A DNA stretch of 64,000 bases. Origin: Chloroflexia bacterium (GTDB lineage: Bacteria; Chloroflexota; Chloroflexia; Thermomicrobiales; CADCWN01). Location of the stretch: assembly GCA_039810045.1 (NCBI GenBank), contig JBDHWF010000003.1, positions 1,834-65,833 of the forward strand, in the 5' to 3' direction. A program made the translations under genes and the position numbers. Under the pieces are notes generated by a model that was given only the letters and a program-made list of their open reading frames with translations, did no database searches and was not told the DNA's origin. Shown here piece after piece: positions 30,101-37,698 of the stretch. Numbering within the stretch: position 1 is the stretch's first letter; each line of letters begins with the position of its first letter.

Positions 30101-30564
30101 AGCACCACAGTGCCCTGGCCCTCGCCATTATCGATGTTGATAACCTGAAATATATCAACGATACCTTTGGTCATTTAGCAGGTGATTCTGTTCTCTATAC
30201 GCTGGCTCAACACCTTGAAGCCCACGCCCAGGCTGAGGAATTTGTCGCGCGCTACGGTGGTGATGAGTTTGCAATCATCTTCCCCAACACCACTGATACC
30301 CAAGCAAAAGCACGAATCGAGGCACTCAGGGTCTACCTGCAAGAAGCGGCAACGCTCACAATCGACAATCAACAATTACCCCTCCCCGAACTCTCGGTAG
30401 GCGTTGCTGCTTTTGATCCAGAAACGATGACCCTGAGTGCGCTGATCAACGCTGCCGACAAAAAGATGTATGAACAGAAACGCGCCCACCGCAAGCACCG
30501 ACAACGCCCAACTCCGCCAGCAAGCCCCTTGGCAATTACTACGCCAATCGCCTATGATCGATAA
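27187..30564 (+). CDS. Polytopic membrane receptor: TM, PDZ-like loop, multi-TM, GAF, HD-GYP, GAF, GGDEF (c-di-GMP turnover)
   Basis: 1125 aa with a GTGA overlap with the upstream gene. aa 20-40 form a TM helix. aa ~60-125 'GIEPGNQIVRIDGNAV' are PDZ-like. aa ~130-400 carry about 9 TM helices ending in 'AILRYQLMNMHLYLRR'. The HD-GYP domain has 'HGHSERV', 'LLHDIGK' and 'HHERWDGKGYP' (aa ~575-750). The GGDEF domain has 'RYGGDEFAIIF' (aa ~945-1100). GAF-like modules flank the HD-GYP domain. Confidence 0.85.
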   Translation: MITTSQPPHRSTLHPARPFRLALFILIPIFIACLIVAQHDAKRAPTLGITVTQTELGGPWLVSNVSFGSRANYLGIEPGNQIVRIDGNAVQRDQAPDPVLIQQATQLVITNADGSKTRTFDLAGLQSGPLNLTPYLVMSTIFFTVGFITLLFGQGAAPRALALLTMSGALEAVAIPLSLRATNWAIIANGVCVPIFIGSFAYLFLVFPRRRLLHVGKKRFPPELILLPIIPTFITYMFSIATSHAAVIMVGRVLGYPYFLACFIGGILALILSWRQARPGREKTQLRTVTLASIAAITPFLLINFFPQITFGNTFLSADYTILPMALIPLAFGYAILRYQLMNMHLYLRRGVGYSILGVGITGVYTLGLAIASITIRNQTASSLLITAIMMTIVVLLGDHLRTKIQHHVDHLFDRKGYDYRRQLLEFSQQMNTILDPDELAESTVGLIEQTMSSYYVRLYIYDRATSTFHLWAHAGTPVPSTEQTLPPEHPTSMKMRNAGWEIVQHLEVQADQDVLLVPLTNKGQPVAMLVLGAKRSELPYSSEDLVLLSTVASQLAISTENAQLYGRMRDLYLSGIRTLAATVDAKDSYTHGHSERVAGYARALAIALNLPQIEVETIELAGLLHDIGKIGIPDAVLQKPGKLAPDERALIEQHTEIGARILADNPALQALVPLVRHHHERWDGKGYPDQLRGEAIPLGAAIICVADTFDTMTTNRPYRQAPGYEQAYLEILRQRGQQFSPRVVEAFIRVDFSQGNCSTANQKTTALQSRMALAEQATATNNRAMRIVYQIAQLLSTAKELDVFLQRVIELLQNELATNTVDFFIIDEETQTLYNRPSTQSSLGQIQLPLGQGLVGWVAQHQTAVCIDDIRTDDRAVIANGWDGRAELAVPLISSGKTIGVLNVESTRVAAFTDEDTKLLTIIAGQLAQVIEVTQLHLDARKAAGLDSLTKIANHRQFYNRLEMAIAATQQHHSALALAIIDVDNLKYINDTFGHLAGDSVLYTLAQHLEAHAQAEEFVARYGGDEFAIIFPNTTDTQAKARIEALRVYLQEAATLTIDNQQLPLPELSVGVAAFDPETMTLSALINAADKKMYEQKRAHRKHRQRPTPPASPLAITTPIAYDR

Positions 30565-30629
30565 GTGCGCGGTGGGGTCTACCCAGCGTTCATTCGATCG
30601 GATCAGCACACTGTATTGAGGAGTGAAGC

Positions 30630-31220
30630 GTGCCCCGTAAACCCAAAGCAGCCCAACCAGCCCAGGCCGCCCCACTGGCCGAACCGATCGTCGCCGAGCC
30701 AGCCCCAGAGCGCGGGATGTCGCACATTGACGAAACATTGGTCAACATGGTTGCAGCGCAAGCATCGGCAAGCGCCATGCAAGCCACTACCGAAGATACG
30801 ACTGAAGAACCGCTCGATCCGTTTGCCACATTTTGGACCGAGCTTGATCTCCACTGTCGCGACTGCCAGATTATTCACTATGTACCAATCTGCCTCTTTC
30901 TCAATGCTGAAGAATCGCCCGCCCTGGTACAGCGGATTATTTCTGGTCATTTCAACAACAAACGCTGCCCAGTCTGCCACAAAATCGAGTTTGTCGAACA
31001 CCCCTATAGCTTCTACGATCCCGCCCGAAAGCTCATCGTGCAAGTACGCCCAGAATGGGAATGGCACGCAGGCGGCGGGGACGAATGGTATGCCGCCCGC
31101 CTCGAAGATCTTTTCGATAAGTGGGCTGAATACGATGTCCAGATTGAAGTGGTCTTTGGTCAGCAACAACTGATTGATCGCTTCCTCCAGGCAGTCTCAC
31201 CACCACCTGCTCGTCGCTGA
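30630..31220 (+). CDS. CpXC-domain protein (uncharacterised zinc-ribbon-like)
   Basis: GTG start with GAGGAG 6 nt upstream. It has an acidic/Ala-rich N-terminus, then 'CRDCQ...' and 'CPVCH' Cys pairs about 50 aa apart, as in CpXC proteins. The nearly co-extensive antisense ORF 30603..31169 has no motifs. Confidence 0.55.
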   Translation: MPRKPKAAQPAQAAPLAEPIVAEPAPERGMSHIDETLVNMVAAQASASAMQATTEDTTEEPLDPFATFWTELDLHCRDCQIIHYVPICLFLNAEESPALVQRIISGHFNNKRCPVCHKIEFVEHPYSFYDPARKLIVQVRPEWEWHAGGGDEWYAARLEDLFDKWAEYDVQIEVVFGQQQLIDRFLQAVSPPPARR

Positions 31221-31248
31221 GATCAATGCACATTCCTGCAAATACCAG

Positions 31249-31280
31249 CAGGCCACCAACGTAGCGCGGTTGGTGGCCTG
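31249..31280 (+). terminator. Terminator-like hairpin after the CpXC gene
   Basis: A perfect 12-bp stem (caggccaccaac / gttggtggcctg) with an 8-nt loop, followed by cttag. Confidence 0.5.
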
Positions 31281-31569
31281 CTTAGACGCGGTCAGGCAAT
31301 TGGTATGGAGCTATCGTCAGGTCCCTTTGCAGAATGAATACACTTGCGCCAGCAAGATCGCCTCAGTACACTTGCGCCATCACGATACACCCCTTGGCAT
31401 ATATGCTGCAGCAGATCGCAAGGCCAGAGATTCCTGGCCTCCGAAACACTGAACCTGGCAATGACGTTTGATACTATGACTGTGTAGTGGCATCGTTCAA
31501 CGATCTGGACGTTCGACCAGGCGGCACTCATTCTCTATTAGGGGTAGTACATAGGGGATAACAAGCACT

Positions 31570-33318
31570 ATGAGTGTCCCATTTCGCCTTCGCGTCAGTA
31601 GCGGACCAAATGCCGGAGAGAGCTTCATCCTCACCGACAATGGGGCAACCATTGGGCGGCAAGATGGCAACACTATCGTTCTCGACGATAGTCGCTTATC
31701 GCGCCAACACGCCCGCATTGATCTCGGCCCTGGTGGGCTCACTTTAACCGATCTTGGCTCCGCTAATGGTACCCTGGTCAATGGGCAGCGAGTCAGTGGC
31801 ACCCGAATCTTGCAACGCGGCGACCAGATTCAGCTTGGGGAGACGACGCTGATCCTTGAAGGAGGGGCACCGGCGAACAATCGTCTCGCCACGGTGGTAC
31901 CAAAGCCCGAAAATATCGTTACCACCCCTATCTCGGCGAATGCTGCTCGCTTAGTACAGCAAGTGGGTGGGCAAATCTACCCATTGAACCAGCCCGAAAT
32001 CGTTATTGGGCGTGAGGTAGGCGCGGAAATCGCCCTTGATGATTCCCAGATATCGCGTCGCCACGCCCGCCTGACGATAACGGGGAATACCGTCACCATC
32101 GCTGATCTTGGCTCAGCAAACGGTACGTTCGTCAACGGCAGGAAGATCGCTGGCCCAACTTCATTACAAGAAGGCGATCGGATCCGTATTGGTACCCACG
32201 ATTTTCGGATCGAGGGTCTGGCGCCCCCTGCCACGGCACCGCAACTAGCAGATGCGAACGATGCCACAGTCGCAGGGATCGCGCCTTTCCCTGCCGCTAC
32301 ACCGCTCAGGCCACTCCCGCCAGCAGGCACTGCCCCCTTACCGCCGCTAGGCAACGCGCCGGGGCCACCAGCCTTTGGGGCTAACCAACCGTCATTAGCG
32401 CCTGGACAGCCCTGGAATCCTCCAGCATCGCCATACGGCTCGGTGGGGATGCCCCCACCATCACCCGCAAAACGCCGTTCAACCTCACCGATCCTGATCG
32501 GCGGTTGTGTAGTTCTCTTCCTGTTACTCTGTATCGGCGGCGGCATTGGCGGGGCAGTCGTCATCCGTAACCGTAACAACGACGCCACCCCAACCGTGGT
32601 GACGAATAGCACTGCTGTCCCAGGCGGCGGTGGCAGTAACCCCGCCCCATCACCACCAACCCCTGGCGGTGCGCTACCGCCCACCACTCAGCCAACGGCG
32701 ACGCTAGTTGCCCTCTTGCCGCCAACCACGCCCACAGCACCGGCAACGGCAACGTCAGCGCCGCTTCCCACATTGGCGGCACCGCCACCAACAACTGCGC
32801 CAACTCGCCGCCCGACCAATCAGGTCGCGCCAACGGTGGCGGCTACCCGTCCACCAGCGAACGGCAACACCACGATTACAGTTGATGCAGTGGGGTTGAC
32901 GTTCATCTTACCTACTGGTTGGACCCAGGAACGGGATGAGGCGGGCCAGGCCACCTTTCTGGCCCCAGACCAACGCGCGCAAATTACCGTACGGTGGAGC
33001 CAACAGGCCCCTGCGGGGCTGACCGCCCAACGGTTGATTCAGGATGAATTACAGCGAACTGCTAATGAAGATAGTAGCTTCGTCCCCAGCAACACCCAAA
33101 TCGGCGCGCTCACCTTTGGCGGGCACCCCGGCTATGGTTCGGAACCATATACCTACAATCTGCAAAGCGGTACGCGCCTGACTGAAGCTGACCGTGCTGT
33201 CGTACTCAGCGGGCGCGCCCAATACTTCTTTGGATTTACTGCCATTGCCACAGATTTTGATCGTTATCGATCGATCTTCGATAGTATCATCAATACTGTC
33301 GTCATTACTGGCCCTTAA
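31570..33318 (+). CDS. Double-FHA-domain membrane protein with extracytoplasmic C-terminal domain
   Basis: It has two FHA modules ('IGRQDGNTIVLDDSRLSRQHARI...GSANGTLVNG' and 'IGREVGAEIALDDSQISRRHARL...GSANGTFVNG'). A Pro-rich linker, the TM 'ILIGGCVVLFLLLCIGGGIGGAVVI', a PT-rich spacer and a ~150-aa globular C-terminus follow. Confidence 0.85.
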   Translation: MSVPFRLRVSSGPNAGESFILTDNGATIGRQDGNTIVLDDSRLSRQHARIDLGPGGLTLTDLGSANGTLVNGQRVSGTRILQRGDQIQLGETTLILEGGAPANNRLATVVPKPENIVTTPISANAARLVQQVGGQIYPLNQPEIVIGREVGAEIALDDSQISRRHARLTITGNTVTIADLGSANGTFVNGRKIAGPTSLQEGDRIRIGTHDFRIEGLAPPATAPQLADANDATVAGIAPFPAATPLRPLPPAGTAPLPPLGNAPGPPAFGANQPSLAPGQPWNPPASPYGSVGMPPPSPAKRRSTSPILIGGCVVLFLLLCIGGGIGGAVVIRNRNNDATPTVVTNSTAVPGGGGSNPAPSPPTPGGALPPTTQPTATLVALLPPTTPTAPATATSAPLPTLAAPPPTTAPTRRPTNQVAPTVAATRPPANGNTTITVDAVGLTFILPTGWTQERDEAGQATFLAPDQRAQITVRWSQQAPAGLTAQRLIQDELQRTANEDSSFVPSNTQIGALTFGGHPGYGSEPYTYNLQSGTRLTEADRAVVLSGRAQYFFGFTAIATDFDRYRSIFDSIINTVVITGP

Positions 33319-33335
33319 TAGATCAGGATTATTTT

Positions 33336-35255
33336 ATGAGTGATAGTACTACCACAGCAGATTCATTTGATAATCGTAACCAGATTGGCGCAGGGCAGGA
33401 AGAAACTGCGCACGCCCGCGGCGGCCTCACGGCAACAGCCTTTGGGCTCAGTGATATTGGCTGCCAGCGCTCGGTCAATCAGGATACCCTCGGTAATCGG
33501 CTCAGTCAGTTTCCCACCCAACTCCATGATCGGGGATTACTCTATGCCATTGCTGATGGAATGGGCGGCCATGCCCACGGCGAGATCGCCAGTGCCCTCG
33601 CGATCGACGAACTGTTCACCCGCTTCTATCAGATCGATCCCAGTCTCCCGCCACAAACAGCCCTGACCCAGGTGATGCAAGAACTGAATGCTGCGGTGCA
33701 TCAGGCGGGGCGGGATGCGGGCGGCGGATCGATGGGTACCACGCTGACGATAGTGCTCTTACGCGATAACATCCTCTATGTTGGCAACATTGGCGACAGT
33801 CGCACCTATCTAATTCGGGGCGGGAAGATCAAGCAACTGAGCCAGGATCATTCGCTGATCGGTGAGCAAATACGCAGCGGTACCCTGACCGAAGCCGACG
33901 CCCGTACCAGTGCAATTCGTAATGTGATTACCCGGGCGGTTGGCTATCGAGAAACTGTCGAACCAGAAACGTTTGCGTTTACCGTCCACCCCGGCGACAT
34001 CCTCTTACTCTGCTCGGATGGCTTGCATGGCCTGGTCGAAAATGAGGAACTGGCGCAAATCCTGAGTACACAAACGCTATCAGACGCCACAACCAACTTG
34101 ATCGCCCTGGCGCGTGAGCGTGGCGGGCCAGATAATATTACCGCACTCGTAGTGCGTGTCGATCAGCTTGGTGCAGCAGGCACGGCCAACGCCACACAGC
34201 AGATTACTGCCAGTGATAGTGACGCTGCTGATGACGCCACCAAGCCAATGCCAATGATCGCGCCAGATCGTACCGAAGAGATCCTCCTCCCAGCAACCGA
34301 AAATGAAGAGCAAGCAGCAACAACACTCCCAATGATCACCACACCAAAAGCTGCCCCCAATGCTCCAAGGCCAACAGTAGCCCCAGCGTCAATGCCCGCA
34401 CCAGCCCCAACCGTCGCCGATCTCGCCCGTCCAGCAGCCCGCCCGCCGCTCTGGCTGTTTATCGTGATCCCATTACTGTTAATCGGGCTGATTGCGGCGG
34501 GAGTGTTGCTCTTTACGCGAAACCTAAACACGACACCAACGCCTCCAGCAGTTGTTACGGTAGTGGCTACAGCAACGGTAGCACCAGCACCCTCGGCCAC
34601 GGCTGCTGTCGCCACTGCACCAGTTGTCGCTGCTGGCAGTATTGCGCCGACCGCACAACCAACTGCCACCTTACCCCCCAAAACACCACCAGCCAGCGCC
34701 CCAGCACAATCTAGCGGCGGCAGTAACCCCGCCGCCCCGATAGTACCGCGTCCCAATACTCCCTCAGCGATAGCAGCCGGGAATAGTGGGGCAACGCAAC
34801 GGATCAAGGTAAGCGGCACCGTGCGCTTTGCCGAAACACTAGCGATTCCCGCAGGATTCCCAAATGATTGGGCAGTATTGCTCTATGCACAACGTGACTT
34901 TCAGCAGCAACAGCAGGCGGCCCCAATCAAAGCACAATCCGCACTAACAGTCCTCCCCTTTCGCGAAGAGTACGGGTTTGTCCTTGATCTTGAGCTTGCC
35001 ACTGGGAATCAACAAGGAGAGCTATTCACCATTCAGCTACAGGATCTGGAAAATGACCAAATCGCCGTACTTGATCCCGGTGAGATTCGCATCGATCGCA
35101 CTGGTCGCCCAATTACTGTGCGCGTAACCAGTATTACTGAGCAACCAGAACCTCGGCCATCAGGCAACGTATCGCCGCGCACGCCAGCGATCTTCCTCAC
35201 AGACGACAAGATTCAGCGCGCTGTAGCAGTATTCCTACAGCAAGTCAGGCGCTAA
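33336..35255 (+). CDS. PP2C-family Ser/Thr phosphatase, membrane anchored
   Basis: 'YAIADGMGGHAHGEIAS', 'LLLCSDGLHG' and 'GGPDNITALVV' are present. The TM 'LWLFIVIPLLLIGLIAAGVLLF' and an extracytoplasmic A/P/T-rich region plus domain follow. Confidence 0.88.
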   Translation: MSDSTTTADSFDNRNQIGAGQEETAHARGGLTATAFGLSDIGCQRSVNQDTLGNRLSQFPTQLHDRGLLYAIADGMGGHAHGEIASALAIDELFTRFYQIDPSLPPQTALTQVMQELNAAVHQAGRDAGGGSMGTTLTIVLLRDNILYVGNIGDSRTYLIRGGKIKQLSQDHSLIGEQIRSGTLTEADARTSAIRNVITRAVGYRETVEPETFAFTVHPGDILLLCSDGLHGLVENEELAQILSTQTLSDATTNLIALARERGGPDNITALVVRVDQLGAAGTANATQQITASDSDAADDATKPMPMIAPDRTEEILLPATENEEQAATTLPMITTPKAAPNAPRPTVAPASMPAPAPTVADLARPAARPPLWLFIVIPLLLIGLIAAGVLLFTRNLNTTPTPPAVVTVVATATVAPAPSATAAVATAPVVAAGSIAPTAQPTATLPPKTPPASAPAQSSGGSNPAAPIVPRPNTPSAIAAGNSGATQRIKVSGTVRFAETLAIPAGFPNDWAVLLYAQRDFQQQQQAAPIKAQSALTVLPFREEYGFVLDLELATGNQQGELFTIQLQDLENDQIAVLDPGEIRIDRTGRPITVRVTSITEQPEPRPSGNVSPRTPAIFLTDDKIQRAVAVFLQQVRR

Positions 35256-35284
35256 ACGACAGCAACATTCTGCATATTGAGGTC

Positions 35285-37564
35285 GTGATGAGGAGCCAGA
35301 GGCGGTGGACACAGTATAGTTGCATACGGTGTGGAGTCCTGGCTATCGTCCTCTGTTTGGCCGCCTGCTCCCTCACCAACCCAACGCCTACTCCCATACC
35401 ACCCAGGGTAGCCACCCCTGGCAGCGCCCTGCCCAGCGACCCTAATCTCAAGATTGATTCGGCCTTACTGGAGATCGCTACAATCTACCAGCGCGAAGGA
35501 CAGCAGGCAGCCGAAGCCCAGGCCCGTGCTACGGGGCTATTGGATAAGCAGAATGAACTTCATCTCACCCTGATCCTGGCTGATACCAACACCCAACCGA
35601 TTGTTGATAAAGTCACCAAAAATGGTGGCAGAGTTGGTACTGTCTCCGACAATATGGTTGATATTATTATCCCGCTAAGCGTGCTCAGCACAGCTGTCAA
35701 TGAGCAGAACACTACCCTATTGCAAGAACTTGCTGCCTTGAACACAGTACGCGAGATTCAGATTACGCGGCGCGCCCAGGCAGAAGATTTGATCCTGCCA
35801 TCTACGCTATCGCCCACAGAGCGCCAGGCCCTGAGTGCCGCGCGCATTACCGAAGGGGTCGCGCTTACTGGTGCTGATAAGTGGCATGATGCGGGGATTA
35901 CCGGGCAAGGCGTCAAGGTGGGCATCATCGATATTGGCTTTGCCGGATATGAAACCTTACTCGGCACAACACTGCCACAAAAGGTGACGTTTCGCTCATT
36001 CGCTAGCGAGGAAGACGACGATGAACACGGCACAGCCGTAGCGGAGATCGTGCATGCAATGGCTCCCGACGCCGAGCTTTTTCTCTGCCCATTCGATAGT
36101 CAGGCTGGTTTTGCCCAGGCAGTGCGTTATCTGACTGATGAAGCCAAGGTACAAATCATTCAGATGTCATTTGGCTGGCATGATTCCCGTGGTGATGGCA
36201 CAGGATACACCCAAAAACAACTCGACTATGCCCGGTCGAAAGGAGTGCTACCAATTAAGTCAGCGGGCAATGAAGGGGATAGCCATTACACCGCCCTGTT
36301 CAATCCGAATAGTACGGGCCAGCACCAGTTTGCAGCGAACAAAACCCGCCTGAAAGTCTCCCAAGAGGATGGTGACATTCTGCTCTACCTGATCTGGGAT
36401 GCCTGGGACACCGAGAAAGTTGACTACAATCTTTACCTTGAAGATGAGCGTGGGACACGAGTAGCGAAATCAGAGAACGCGCAGTCAGCGAAAACGCCGT
36501 ATGAACGGATTGCCTACTCAGGCAAAGCAAAGACCAATTATTATGTTGTGATTGAGGCAAAAGGCACGCAACCAGCCAAACGTCTTGATCTTTTCGGCAA
36601 AGATACCACTGTCGAAACGATCGCGAATGGTAGTACGCCCGCGACGAGTATCTCCGCCCCAGGCGATGCCCGCAGTGCCTTCACCGTTGGCGCAACCAAT
36701 GTGAAGGATGACAAACTCGAAGTCTATAGTTCACAGGGGCCAACCCTTGATGGTCGCCAGAAGCCAGATATCAGCGCCCCCACCCGTGTCACAACTGCGA
36801 TCTATAAAGGGCGAGCATTCTTCGGCACTTCGGCGTCAACCCCGCATGTAAGCGGGGCAGCAGCGCTCGTCTTCAATGCTCAACCTGGCGCTACAGCAGA
36901 TCAGGTGCAGGCATTTCTGGTTAGTGCTGCCAAAGATGTCGATCTCCCTGGCCCAGAAAGCAGGACTGGCGCTGGGCGACTCGCCATGGGGGCCGTTGAT
37001 ACCGCCCGCACGACAGCCAACCCTGCCGCAGGCTCAGGGGGTGCCGCCTTCAACGACCCGCTTACGAGTGAACAAATGGGATTGCCCTCAACCAACGAAG
37101 GACGCTATACCAGTGCTGGTTATCTGCTCGCTCCCAATGCCAACAACCACGCTACCTGGGCGACGTATGGCACAAATTACACTGATCTTACGGTAGCGGT
37201 CACTGTCACCCTTGCTGGCGCGAGCGGAGCGGCGGGCATCATCTTCTGGCAGAGGAGTGCCGATGATTACTATCTCTTTGCCATCACCCCCAATGGCTAC
37301 TATCAAGTGACCCACTATCAGCAGGGGCAGTGGCTTACCTTGCACCCCTGGACCAAAAATACGGTGATCAGTCAGCAGCCGATCAATCGTCTACAATTGC
37401 ACATCATTGGCAGCCAGATCGATATTGGGGTCAATGACCTGGCGCTCGCCTCCGTCAAAGTCCCCACCAGCAACAATGGACGGATCGGCCTCCTGGCAGC
37501 AGCGTTCACACAACCAGGCTTTAGCGCAACATTCAGTGATCTCACGCTTGCCGCAACACCGTAG
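35285..37564 (+). CDS. S8 (subtilisin-like) serine peptidase lipoprotein with C-terminal LamG/DUF1080-like domain
   Basis: It has the lipobox 'VLCLAAC'. The catalytic triad contexts are 'VGIIDIGF' (Asp), 'HGTAVAEIV' (His) and 'GTSASTPHVSGAAAL' (Ser). The C-terminal ~190 aa ('AGIIFWQRSADDYYLFAITPNGYY...') are jelly-roll-like. Confidence 0.85.
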   Translation: MMRSQRRWTQYSCIRCGVLAIVLCLAACSLTNPTPTPIPPRVATPGSALPSDPNLKIDSALLEIATIYQREGQQAAEAQARATGLLDKQNELHLTLILADTNTQPIVDKVTKNGGRVGTVSDNMVDIIIPLSVLSTAVNEQNTTLLQELAALNTVREIQITRRAQAEDLILPSTLSPTERQALSAARITEGVALTGADKWHDAGITGQGVKVGIIDIGFAGYETLLGTTLPQKVTFRSFASEEDDDEHGTAVAEIVHAMAPDAELFLCPFDSQAGFAQAVRYLTDEAKVQIIQMSFGWHDSRGDGTGYTQKQLDYARSKGVLPIKSAGNEGDSHYTALFNPNSTGQHQFAANKTRLKVSQEDGDILLYLIWDAWDTEKVDYNLYLEDERGTRVAKSENAQSAKTPYERIAYSGKAKTNYYVVIEAKGTQPAKRLDLFGKDTTVETIANGSTPATSISAPGDARSAFTVGATNVKDDKLEVYSSQGPTLDGRQKPDISAPTRVTTAIYKGRAFFGTSASTPHVSGAAALVFNAQPGATADQVQAFLVSAAKDVDLPGPESRTGAGRLAMGAVDTARTTANPAAGSGGAAFNDPLTSEQMGLPSTNEGRYTSAGYLLAPNANNHATWATYGTNYTDLTVAVTVTLAGASGAAGIIFWQRSADDYYLFAITPNGYYQVTHYQQGQWLTLHPWTKNTVISQQPINRLQLHIIGSQIDIGVNDLALASVKVPTSNNGRIGLLAAAFTQPGFSATFSDLTLAATP

Positions 37565-37698
37565 TATTCCAATTGCCAGAAGATCAGTATACTGAGAAAC
37601 TGATGCTACGCTTTAGACGTTCAGGTAGGCAGAAGTAGACACGGCGCATATCGCAGACAGCTTTGGAATAGCGAACGAAGGAAGGGGAGCGACAGACG

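Noticed and set aside
30603-31169. 188-aa minus-strand ORF almost co-extensive with the CpXC gene
   Set aside because: The plus-strand frame has a GAGGAG-GTG start, paired Cys motifs and a downstream terminator. The minus-strand product has no start context or motifs. I kept only the plus-strand call, at moderate confidence.
31501-31530. 'tctggacg..ttcgac' resembling part of the tmRNA 3' region (ctggacggggguucgac), considered as a possible attR for an ssrA island
   Set aside because: Only 8+6 nt match, they are interrupted, and the terminal acceptor-stem part that att repeats normally include is missing. This is not sufficient, so it is left as something to test computationally.
31977-32687. 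236-aa minus-strand ORF (and similar ones at 34163..34819, 38070..38495, 42304..42651)
   Set aside because: All lie antisense to Pro/Ala/Thr-rich linker regions of the FHA, PP2C and kinase genes. They translate to Gly/Ala/Val low-complexity sequence, an artefact of codon composition.
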